Assembly (NCBI GenBank): GCA_043228905.1
Contig: JBHGNT010000008.1
Span: 9,176,001 to 9,240,000 of the forward strand
DNA: 64,000 nucleotides
From: Azolla caroliniana
Taxonomy: Eukaryota > Plantae > Polypodiophyta
Reading direction: 5' to 3'
The position numbers were made by a program, and so were the translations under genes. The notes beneath the pieces are model-generated. The model saw nothing but the letters and a program-made list of their open reading frames with translations, was not told the DNA's origin and made no database searches. Within the stretch, counting starts at the first letter, position 1; each line of letters opens with the position of its first letter. Of this stretch, positions 26,601 to 36,800 are shown one piece after another.

Positions 26601-26935
26601 AGAATGTAGAGTAATCTAGAAGATCTCTAGAGTATTCTAGAAGGTTCTAGTGGTATAGAACACTCTAGAATATTCTAGGTCATTCTAGAATGTAGAGTAA
26701 TATAGAATATTCCTATGATATTAGATTTCATATTCTAGAGACTATACATATAAGAATATTAATACAATGGTTAAGGATTTGACATGTGTACAACAAGGTC
26801 GTGGGTTCAAATCCTTTCGAGTCATAATGTGAGTGTCATGATCCTTTCGATGCATGATGTGACTGTTATCATGACACTATCCCCCTTCTTCGACGACACG
26901 TCTCACGGGTCGTAGGGTTTGTATTAGGACCTGGT

Positions 26936-29900
26936 TTACAAGGATATTGGCGATGAAATACAAAGATTTGTGGTAGGTTCCCAAGTTCGATCATTGGGGG
27001 TATAGCCTAGCCAATCGACCAAGTAATACAACTTGTTGCGCACGATTTTAGAATCGAGAACGGCAGCAACTTCAAATTCAGGCCCGTCCAAGAACTCGAC
27101 AGGTGGTGGGGGTGTCGTAAGACGGCCCGGAATTGAACTTGTAGTATAAGGTTCCAAAAGGGATACATGAAACACCGGATGAAGATGCATGTGCGGAGGG
27201 AGGTCAAGACGAAATGCAACATCACTTATCTTACCAGTGATCATGTAAGGGCCAAAACGTTGGTAATCCAATTTATTGCAAGGTCGAGTGGTCTTGATGT
27301 TGTGTTGGAGAAGCCATACATGATCCCCAATGCGGAACTTTTTTGGGGAGTCTAGACGATGACGATCGGCAAGCCTCTTGTGTGTAAATTGAGCATCGTG
27401 CAAATTGTGGAGAATGTTAGCTTGAATTTCTTGGAGGCGACTAAGACGATCCTCGGCAGCAGGGTTGGTAGGAACTTCTGGATGCGCATTCATCGTCCAT
27501 CGAGGATGACAGCCCGTATTTGCGAAAAATGGGGAATATCCTGTAGAAGAATGGGCTGAGTTGTTGTAAGCGAATTCCGCCAAGTGCAAAAATGCAACCC
27601 AATCATCTTGTTGATAGTTGATGAAACAACGAAGATATTGTTCCAATGTCTGGTTGGTACGCTCTGTTTGACCATTTGTTTCAGGATGATTGCCCGAAGA
27701 AAGCTTAACTGAAATGTGGAGAAGTTTGAACAGGTGCTTCCAAAACTTTGAGATGAATTGTGGACCACGATCACTAATAATATCATCTGGCAGACCATGA
27801 TGCTTAAATACCTCCCGCATAACGAGATCAGCCGTCTCTTGACTAGTAATTGACTTTGTACATGGCAAGAAATGTGCCATTTTGGTAAATCGATCAACCA
27901 CTGTGAGAATTGCATCAAAACCTTTTGAAACTGGGAGATCAGTAATGAAGTCCAAGGATATAGACTTCCAAGGTGTTTCCGGAATGGGAAGTGGTTGTAG
28001 TAAGCCATAGGGTCGGTGACGAGGATTCTTTGATCGACAACATATATCACAACTCCGAACATACTCCTCAACAAAATGACGAAGGCGAGGCCACCAATAG
28101 CGTCGAGAAATTAATTCTAGAGTCTTGTGAACTCCAAAATGACCAGCCATTGGTGAGTCATGGCAATGTTGCAAAACTTGTAGCCGTGGGGGACCATCAG
28201 GAACATACAATAAATTTTGTCGAAATAGAAAACCATCATGCCAATAGAACTGACAATAGTCATTACGAGGATTTTTCGACTGTGAGCAAGAAGCACGATC
28301 CGGGACGATATGATCCAAAACATCCTTGGCGAAATCATCAGTGGCCATATGATCTCGAATGGAATCAAGAAGAGTGGAATTTTCAAGAGCTGTTATGGCA
28401 TTAACTACCATTAATCGTAATCGATTAGGACCCAAAAGGATTTGTTTTTGATGCTCAAAAGCAGGTTCCCCTGGACGAAGTTCCATATAAGAGCGCCGAG
28501 AAAGAGCATCTGCTTTGCCTTGCTGCATCCCAGGGCGATATATGATGATAAAGTCGAAGTGAGTCAAAAATTGCGCCCACCGGGCTTGTCGCCGACTCAA
28601 GACTCGAGCATTTTGGAAATAAGTCAGGTTCTTATGATCATTGTAGACAATGATCTGCTGAGAAGAACCTTCTAGGAAATGTCGCCATTGTTGAAACGAA
28701 TCCACGATTGCAAGAAGCTCTTTGTCATGGATCTCGTAGTTGATCTCTACAGCTTCAAACTTTCGTGAATGAAAGGCGACAGGGTGTAGTTGTCCATCAT
28801 CTCCAGTCTGCGAGAGGACACTCCCTAGTGCAAAATCGGATGCATCGGCTTCGAGGATGAAGCGTTTTGTTGGGTCGACATGTGCTAAGATAGGTGCCGT
28901 TGTAAATGCTCGTTTTAAGCTTTCGAATGCCTCGGATGCATCTGAACTCCATATAAATGGTTGATCTTTATGTGTGAGCTGAGTAAGCGGAAGCACAACC
29001 TTGGAATAATCTTTAATAAATTTCCGATAAAAATTTGCAAACCCCAGAAAACATTGCACATCACGCACTGAAAGGGGCGTTTGCCACTCTAAAATTGCCT
29101 GTACCTTCATGGGGTCCATAGCAATACCATTTGACGATACAACATACCCCAAAAATTCCACTTGATTCTGGCCGAAACTACACTTTTCTAGTTTTGCGTA
29201 GAGACCATATTCTCGGAGTCGGCATAGTACTTGACGAACATGTGCATCATGCTCCTCTTGGGTCTTTGAGTAGATTAAAATATCATCTAGGTAAACGATA
29301 GTGAAGATATCAAGAAAATCTCGAAAAATATCGTTCGCCATATGTTGGAAAACAGCAGGTGCATTCGTGAGACCCAATGGCATCACTGTATACTCAAAAT
29401 GTCCATAGCGAGTGCGGAAAGCTGTCTTCCATTCATCCCCCGGGCGAATCCGAACTAGATTATATGCTCCACGAAGGTCCAACTTCGTGAAATATTTTGC
29501 ACCACTGAGACGTTCCAAAAGATTCGGGATTAATGGTAGAGCATATCTATTTCGGATAGTCACTTTGTTTAGCCCTCGATAATCCACGACCAACCGAAGA
29601 GTCCCATTCTTCTTCTTAACGAAGAAGATAGGTGCACCAGCAGGGGATCTAGAATGCCGGATGAATCCGTTTGCCAGATTCTCATCAATATATTCCCGCA
29701 AAGTTTCTAGCTCTACAGGGGAGAGATTATAAATTGGGCCCCATGGAGGTTCTTTCCCTGGTTGTAAGTCAATAGGGCAGTCGTATGGCCGATGCTCCGG
29801 CAATGTATTGGCCTTCACCTTATCAAAGACATCTAAAAACTCCTTGTATTTCTCTGGTAGTTTAATATCCGCGTCACGTGAAGTGGATGATGGAGTTGCT

Positions 29901-30496
29901 ACTATTGCGAAGACGAACATGGCCTCGTTCCCCCCTTCCTCCCGCAACTGTCGTAAAGAGATGGGCGACAACTCCGGGGATCTATTAGCACATGTAGGAG
30001 AGAGGGATGCGGGATTTGTGCTTTTTTCCCGAGTCTCCTCAATTGTTCTTTTCATCCAATCAATCTTCGGGTTATGGAGTTCAAACCAGGGGAGACCTAG
30101 AACTATTGGGTGGTCCGGACTACGAATAATATTGAAAGAGATTATGCTTGCCAAATTGCCAAGAACTATCCTAATTGGCTCGGACTCCTCGACTATATCT
30201 CCTGATGCTATGGGACGTCCATCGATGACTCCTACGGCTACTGGGTTGGGAAGCTTATTCAAGAGGATGTTTTGTGACAAGGCAAATTCACGATCCATGA
30301 AACAAGAGTTGGCTCCAGAATCTAGAAGGGCAGAGGCTAGGACTCGATGACATGTAGATGTGGTAAGCTCGACTTGTGCTGAAAAAACTCGACTCACTTG
30401 ATTTGATGAAATGGAACCACGACTAGGAACTAACTCTACATAGCTAGGATGGTCCAGCCAAATGGCTCCTATTTTGGCCGGACTTACTCGTTTAAC
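26936..30496 (-). CDS. T1 Pol (PR-RT-RNase H-INT-chromodomain) in the -1 frame relative to gag
   Basis: LLDSGA, YLDD, EADASD, H..GH..C..C, ISDRGPQF, EFEVAAVLDSKIVRNKLYYLVDWLGY. The frame is open back to the gag overlap. Confidence 0.92.
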   Translation of the reverse strand, partial: VKRVSPAKIGAIWLDHPSYVELVPSRGSISSNQVSRVFSAQVELTTSTCHRVLASALLDSGANSCFMDREFALSQNILLNKLPNPVAVGVIDGRPIASGDIVEESEPIRIVLGNLASIISFNIIRSPDHPIVLGLPWFELHNPKIDWMKRTIEETREKSTNPASLSPTCANRSPELSPISLRQLREEGGNEAMFVFAIVATPSSTSRDADIKLPEKYKEFLDVFDKVKANTLPEHRPYDCPIDLQPGKEPPWGPIYNLSPVELETLREYIDENLANGFIRHSRSPAGAPIFFVKKKNGTLRLVVDYRGLNKVTIRNRYALPLIPNLLERLSGAKYFTKLDLRGAYNLVRIRPGDEWKTAFRTRYGHFEYTVMPLGLTNAPAVFQHMANDIFRDFLDIFTIVYLDDILIYSKTQEEHDAHVRQVLCRLREYGLYAKLEKCSFGQNQVEFLGYVVSSNGIAMDPMKVQAILEWQTPLSVRDVQCFLGFANFYRKFIKDYSKVVLPLTQLTHKDQPFIWSSDASEAFESLKRAFTTAPILAHVDPTKRFILEADASDFALGSVLSQTGDDGQLHPVAFHSRKFEAVEINYEIHDKELLAIVDSFQQWRHFLEGSSQQIIVYNDHKNLTYFQNARVLSRRQARWAQFLTHFDFIIIYRPGMQQGKADALSRRSYMELRPGEPAFEHQKQILLGPNRLRLMVVNAITALENSTLLDSIRDHMATDDFAKDVLDHIVPDRASCSQSKNPRNDYCQFYWHDGFLFRQNLLYVPDGPPRLQVLQHCHDSPMAGHFGVHKTLELISRRYWWPRLRHFVEEYVRSCDICCRSKNPRHRPYGLLQPLPIPETPWKSISLDFITDLPVSKGFDAILTVVDRFTKMAHFLPCTKSITSQETADLVMREVFKHHGLPDDIISDRGPQFISKFWKHLFKLLHISVKLSSGNHPETNGQTERTNQTLEQYLRCFINYQQDDWVAFLHLAEFAYNNSAHSSTGYSPFFANTGCHPRWTMNAHPEVPTNPAAEDRLSRLQEIQANILHNLHDAQFTHKRLADRHRLDSPKKFRIGDHVWLLQHNIKTTRPCNKLDYQRFGPYMITGKISDVAFRLDLPPHMHLHPVFHVSLLEPYTTSSIPGRLTTPPPPVEFLDGPEFEVAAVLDSKIVRNKLYYLVDWLGYTPNDRTWEPTTNLCISSPISL

Positions 30497-31608
30497 ACAT
30501 CCTCTAATTGACTCAAGACATCGAATCTATTCTCATGACATGGACTATGAGGCTTATTTATGTTATTAGAAGTAACAATAGAACTCGATGTAGGGTTTTC
30601 ATGGGCACTTACTTGGTATACTTGACGCCTAGGTTTATGTGGACAATTTACAGCTATATGTCCTGGACCACCACAATACAGGCAGAGGCGATGCGCTCGA
30701 CGTCGTTGCTTCTCAGCATCTGATAACGGCCCACGACGTTGTGTTGACTCTATTTCCATCGGAGTTGGGCCATCCCTTGTAATGGGTCTAGAAACTTGTG
30801 GAGGCGTTGCAACTACGGAAGCGTAAGTCTGTTCAGGTTGGCGGCGTAACATTTGTTGGCGCTCAGAACGTCGCTCAAATAGGCGATTATCACATCGCAC
30901 AGCTCGACTAATGGCTTCTGTAAGTGACTTCGGATCTTCAGGGAAAGTAAGAAGAAGATCTTTGACATCATTTCTCAAACCTTGACGGAATTGATCCATT
31001 AAAGCTGCCTCATCCCAAGGGATATCGCATGCCAAGAGACGGAAATCGGCTGCATAAGATGACGCGGGACGATCTCCTTGTCGGAGCCTTCGAATCTTGT
31101 TTATCGCTGTCCTAGTGCTGTCGGTGTCTCCGAAACTAGCTTGAAACTCTTTAACAAAGGCCTCGAAATCCTCCAGCAATGGTGATTTCTTCTCGAGAAG
31201 TGGTGCGAACCATGCTAACGCCGTACCGCATAGCAAAGTTCCCACTAATCCCACACGAGCAGCATCAGTTGGATACCGATTGGGATGTAGCTGAATAACT
31301 AAACGAACTTGATTCAAAAAGCCTCGAAATAAAGACCTCGTACCATCAAACTTGGCAGGGAGGCTGATCTTTGGCTCTCTAGGGGAGTTCTGAGCCCCCG
31401 ACGCTTGCTCTCGTAATGACAATATAGTCGCCTCAAGTTGATGAACCCGCTGTGATAACTCTTCATATTGTTGAGCTTTTTCAGCGCTCACGTGTTGTAG
31501 ATCTCCAAGTAGCCTTTGATTCTCATGCTCTAATGCCACAAATTTATTCGTGAGCATGTCGAGCTCAGAAAGAACACGCATGTATTCTTGTTTGCTCACG
31601 GACTCCAT
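30484..31608 (-). CDS. T1 Gag (Ty3/PEG10-type capsid with coiled-coil N-terminus and CCHC knuckle)
   Basis: PAKFDGTR, LRQG, DQFRQGL, PTPMEIE, CLYCGGPGHIAVNC; intact 374-aa ORF. Confidence 0.92.
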   Translation of the reverse strand: MESVSKQEYMRVLSELDMLTNKFVALEHENQRLLGDLQHVSAEKAQQYEELSQRVHQLEATILSLREQASGAQNSPREPKISLPAKFDGTRSLFRGFLNQVRLVIQLHPNRYPTDAARVGLVGTLLCGTALAWFAPLLEKKSPLLEDFEAFVKEFQASFGDTDSTRTAINKIRRLRQGDRPASSYAADFRLLACDIPWDEAALMDQFRQGLRNDVKDLLLTFPEDPKSLTEAISRAVRCDNRLFERRSERQQMLRRQPEQTYASVVATPPQVSRPITRDGPTPMEIESTQRRGPLSDAEKQRRRAHRLCLYCGGPGHIAVNCPHKPRRQVYQVSAHENPTSSSIVTSNNINKPHSPCHENRFDVLSQLEDVLNE

Positions 31609-31868
31609 AGCTTATGAGGGGAGAGGAGAAGGAAGAAGAGAACTTGTTAGGGTTTGTGGAAGACGAAGAGATGAAAGGAAGTAAATTGGTTCAAACTGTC
31701 AAGACTGAGAGAGAGAAAGAGAGAGAAAAAGAGATAGAGAGATAATTGAAAGAGAATTATTATATTGAAGCGTAAAATGGATTACAAAGAGTAGGCTACA
31801 AAATGGCGTTGAACCAATTTAGGTTTGGGATGGGTGGTAGATCCCTATTTATAAGTAAAAAAGAACTC

Positions 31869-32030
31869 TCTAGAATATTCTAGGTTATCCTAGAATGTAG
31901 AGTAATCTAGAAGATCTCTAGAGTATTCTAGAAGGTTCTAGTGGTATAGAACACTCTAGAATATTCTAGGTCATTCTAGAATGTAGAGTAATATAGAATA
32001 TTCCTATGATATTAGATTTCATATTCTAGA
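31869..32030 (-). promoter_or_regulatory. Array of nGAAn/nTTCn heat-shock-element-like units upstream of the TATA box in the T1 5' LTR (copy at 26578-26740)
   Basis: agaatattct and ttctagaa recur; perfect aTTCt aGAAg gTTCt at 31925-31939. Confidence 0.7.
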
Positions 32031-33892
32031 GATTATACATATAAGAATATTAATACAATGGTTAAGGATTTGACATGTGTACAACAAGATCGTGGGTTCA
32101 AATCCTTTCGAGTCATAATGTGAGTGTCATGATCCTTTCGATGCATGATGTGACTGTTATCATGACAATTAACACCAATCATGGATGGAAGATCCGGGCG
32201 GCCACTAAAGCAACGGAAGATCTATTTGCGGCTTGTCCGGATGTGACGGTGAAGATCGGGGATGTCGAGATAGACCAAAATTTCTTCGTACAAGACGAGT
32301 TCTCACATTCCGTGATCCTCGGGCAACCCTTTATCACGGCTTCACAGATGGACACAAAGGTGCTCAATAGCAATGCCGGCTTTCGCACGAATTTGGAGCC
32401 AAAGCGGAGGGAAATCCGTCCAATTCCTAACTGTGCCGGAAAATCATGAAAGGAACAAGAGAGAGCTCTTGTCCCAAACAAGGATGGATTTTTAGAGCGG
32501 ACTATTGCGGAGTGGGGAAGTGATAGTCTGAGAAGCCCCGATACCCCACACAAGAAGAAAACTCTCGGAGCAAAACAAGTACGAATCGGTCCGGATGGGG
32601 CATCTATGTACACAGCCATAACCGGAGGAATGAAGAAAGGATACCGAAAAGTGGAGGATAAGTTACGGTCGGCATCAATAATAAAAGAAGATGAAGAAAT
32701 CGTGGGAATAGTCGAAGAAGTGTTCTATGGGAGCACGCTACAACGGCTTGAAGAGCTCGCGAAAGATACAAGCCAGGGAGACCAGGTAGTCCCGGTGGAA
32801 TCGGTCGAGATGTATGAGGTCATTGTGAAAATGGGGTCGGATGCGCTCCGCAAAGAAGAAGCAATGGTAAGTACGAAGAAGGTGAAATCGGTCGCGGGAC
32901 CGTTACCCGCCGATAGAGAACAAAAGAGGAAAGAAGTCTCGGGGGATCCGACACTTCAGAAGTCCATGGATATCGGACATGCCTTCACGGATGAGACCCG
33001 GAAGAAACTTGGGATTGGTGGAGGTGGTTTCCTTTTACAAAATGAAGAAGAACGATTCCGAGGGATGTTGGAACAACATGGCAAAGCATTTGCATTCACA
33101 TTGAAGGAGATAGGGTCGTTTGACCCGAAGATAGTGGAGTCGATGGTGATCTTCACGATTGACCATGTGTCGTGGAACCTGAAGCCGATTCCGGTGCCAC
33201 GGGCGCATATTCCGAAAGTCATCGACTTGCTCATGGAGAAGGTGGCGATGGGGATTCTAGAGCCATCAAACGCTCCGTACTCAAATCGATGGTTTACGGT
33301 TCCGAAGAAGAATGGGTCACTCCGATTTATTCAAGATTTGCAACCGGTGAACAAGGTCACGATCCGGAACCCCGGAGTCGGTCCGATAGTGGACGAATTT
33401 GCGGAAGCATTTGCCGGTCGCGTGATATATTCCATCAGAGACCTAGACTCTGTTAGGAAACAGGTCCTTCCAGATGGTGAAGACCCGGTGAGAACCGGAT
33501 GAAGAGTACCCGGCTACGGAGAGCCGGATGGTGCAGACCCGGTGAGAACCGGATGAAGAGTACCCGGCTACGGAGAGCCGGATGGTGCAAACCCGGTGAG
33601 AACCGGATGACGAGTACCTGGAAATGGAAGACCCGGTGAGAACTAGATGACGAGTACCCGGAAACGGAAGACCCGGTGAGAACCAGATGACGAGTACCCG
33701 GCAAGCGCCGGATGATGCAGGCCCGGTGAGAAGTGCTCACCGGATGAAGAGACATATTCGTAAATATGTTTCTGAGAGTCCATCGTGGCTATATTTGTAA
33801 ATAACGAAAAGTCATATTAGTATAAATATGACTTAGGGCAAACTTTAGTAATGAGTTGTTGTCATTCTTGTTTGCGTAAGATCAGAGCGCGT

Positions 33893-36800
33893 TGTCGTGA
33901 AGATTTTCGTCCACGAGCGGAAACCCGAGCAACGAGAGCCAAAGAGCGATGTGCAACATTGAACACGTACATAATGTATTTGTAATAATAATAAGGGTAA
34001 AGGGTATGGTGCTAGAAATGCCCCATAACATCCCTAAGGTATAAAGGTGGTGTGGTCTTTTGCGCACATCCACGCGAGAGAGAGAGAGAGGTACTATGCG
34101 GTACATAGGTACCTAGTTGTTTGTGAGGAGGTGGGAGTTAAGGGGGCCATCAATCTCACCCTCCCCAAATAAAGACAAATATCCTCTTTGAATGAAAGGG
34201 GATATTTAGTCTCGCTTTTGTAAACGGTCTTCCTTCCTTGTGTTATAAAAGGAGAGGGAAGGCACCATTGTGAGGGTTGCCTATTTTGAGTGTGCGAGGT
34301 ATACCACATAGGTCGAGCGTTAGGGTTAGGGTTAGGGTTTCGAGTAGTCGTTTGGTGCGGCCTATGCGGCCACCATTTTGTAATCGTTCATTTCGTTTTA
34401 ATACATCTTGTTGATCGTCTTGTCTCCATCTTCCTCTTGTTCGATCTAATCTCTTGTTCATTCTTCTTCTTCTTGAGCAAAGCTTCCATTCCATGTCCGA
34501 TTCCTTCTCCTCTACTCCTTAGTCCAAGACCCCCGTGGTCCCGCCCTTCTCCACGCACGCGCGTAGCAACGCGACATATTTGGTGAACCCGACGTGAAGA
34601 GGCGGCAAGGGAGGAAGGAGATGGAAGCCGGAGACATCGCGGAAGTAATTACGAGAATGGCAAGGGATTTCGGAAGAAGGAGAGGAAGACGGGAAGAGGC
34701 ATACAAGTACGATCGACACGAGTTCGATCTATGGGTGTCGTCGGCAAAGGCTCCTCGAAGCGCAATGAAGGCATTCCGGGAGTTCGATCTCCGGTTTTCC
34801 CAACTTTCGGTCCGGGATCAAGAATCGGTGGGGGTGGACAAGGTCCCACTATTCTTGAAGTTGGTCAACGAAAGGGGAAGAATGGCCATTTTTCCCTACC
34901 TCGAAGACGATGAAGGGGCATACGGCCTCACCGAAGATTGGAACGAGGTGGAATGGGCGTGCATACAATGCGATGAGAGGCGGTCGGCCACAACGCGGCG
35001 CGCGAGCGGCGGAGAAGAGAGAGCGACGACCGACTACGCACTACCGCCGGAAGAGAGCTCAACGCAAATCGGTTCGAAGAAGCTCGACATCGAAGCCTTG
35101 GTGCGGGAAGCGTACGAGATCGTAGAGGCACAAATCGAAGCCGAAGAAGGGCTTATTGCGGAGTCGGGGCCGAGCGGATCGGAGGATGAGGAGGCCGAAA
35201 GAGAATGGTACATTGGTACCACGGGAGAGGGTGTGAGACAAGCCACCCTCTCGACATGCGGAGAAAGATCGATCGAGGACAAGGTCGGGGACAGTGAGGC
35301 GGCGATCGCCAGTTCGAGCGGACATGAGGGAGTTCGGGCATGGAGGCCCGAAACATCGAGCGGGAAGAAGACGGGCAGTGGTGCCGGGACCTTACGCACA
35401 CCGGGCCTAGAGACTCCGGCAACCGGCCCGAGAGCCGGTGTGAGACCTAGAGTGACGGGCGGCAAGGCGGCAAGGCGGGCGACCACAATGGTGACATGGG
35501 AGAGGGTACGGAAAGAGCGACTCTCTCGTCTTGCGGTGAATGGACGGCCATGGAGGTCGGTAACTACGGATTCAGGACATGGCGGCCCGAAACATCGAGT
35601 GAGGAGGAGACAAGCGGCGGTGCCGCGACCTTACACACACCGGCCCTAGAGTCACCGGCGGTCGGCCCGATTGCCGGCGTGAGACCTAGAGTGACGGGCG
35701 GTGGCGGCGGCAAGGCGGGCGATCGAGACAACGGTAAGGAGACCGTGGAAGAGGAGGCGGCAAGCATAATTGATGCTTGCATATACGGAGGCGGGGTAGC
35801 CACGGACGGCGATGTCCGAATGGAGGTGGCTATGGGCATAGCATCGACGAGCGGCGGCGTTGCTACCTTACACGCACCGGTTCAAGAGACCCCGGCGGCC
35901 GGCCCGAGTGCCCGCGTGAGACCAAGGGTAACGAACAGTGGCGGTGGCAAGGCGGGCGACCACGGTGACGATGTGGGAGAGGGTGCGGAGCGAGCGACCC
36001 TCTCGACTTGTGGAAAGAGGACGGCCATGGATGAGGCCGATATCTACGGAGCAATGGACGCCACTTCGAGAGTGGGCGAAAGTTTCGGGACGCGGTTGCC
36101 CGAAACGTTCTATGAGGATTTCGCGAGCATACTCAAGGGTTACGAAATCAAGGAAGAAGAGGAGACGAGCGGCGGTGCCGCGACCTTCCACACACCGGTC
36201 CTAGAGACTCCGGCAACCGGCTCGAGAGCCGGTGTGAGACCTAGAGAGACAGACGGTGGCGGCGGCAAGGCGGGCAACCGAAATGACGAAGAGGAGGGTT
36301 GTAGCAGATGGAGGCGAGATCCCTTGACACCGGGGCCGGAGACTTCGGCAGTTGCGCCCGAGCGCGGACATAAGACCGGGGAGATGGGCGGTGGGCGTGA
36401 GGATGAGAGGCCCGGAGTAGGCACGTGCGAAAAGACCGAAGGAGAGGTCCGGAGCGGCATCGAGGAGCGAGTCGGGAACCGACCCGACCAAAAGATGAGC
36501 CGGTCGGTAATCCGACCCGACCGGGAGGCGGAGCAGAAGAAGAGTGAAGCGGGGGCCGGTCAACCGGGCCCGAACCGAAGGAAGCCGACAAGACCGGGAT
36601 TGCTTGATCGATTCGTAGCTGGGCACGACGAGTACGGGTCGGTGAGAGGCCGAGAGCAAGAGGAGCCCTCCACACCTATGCTTGGGAATTCGGCGGTTGC
36701 GGATCAACGGAAGACCGAAGAGATGTCGGGTGGCGGCGAGGAGTTGGAAGACAATGCGGAATTGGGTACCGGAGCGGATGCCCGGTGTGGGAAGGACGAA

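Larger units (their letters stand above)
26406..32167 (-). mobile_element. Tcn1-like chromovirus T1, very young, inserted in the protease of O
   Basis: 471-bp LTRs 26406-26876 and 31697-32167 with only 2 differences seen; TSD ATTAA; PPT aagaagggggatag; no tRNA PBS. Confidence 0.95.
14252..32495 (+). pseudogene. Gag-protease ORF of O, in pieces 14252-14496, 24909-26405, 32173-32495; stops and frameshifts
   Basis: IGQFNGKDISRYLRDYKAEM; zinc knuckle CIWCNSTEHDRRDC; protease ALMDHGSEINLM and VILGQPF; ends ATG GAT TTT TAG. Confidence 0.8.

Noticed and set aside
26760-26814. Calling the A/B-box segments functional tRNA genes
   Set aside because: No acceptor or anticodon stem can be folded; only the promoter boxes and their spacing are retained. 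Reported as a finding instead.
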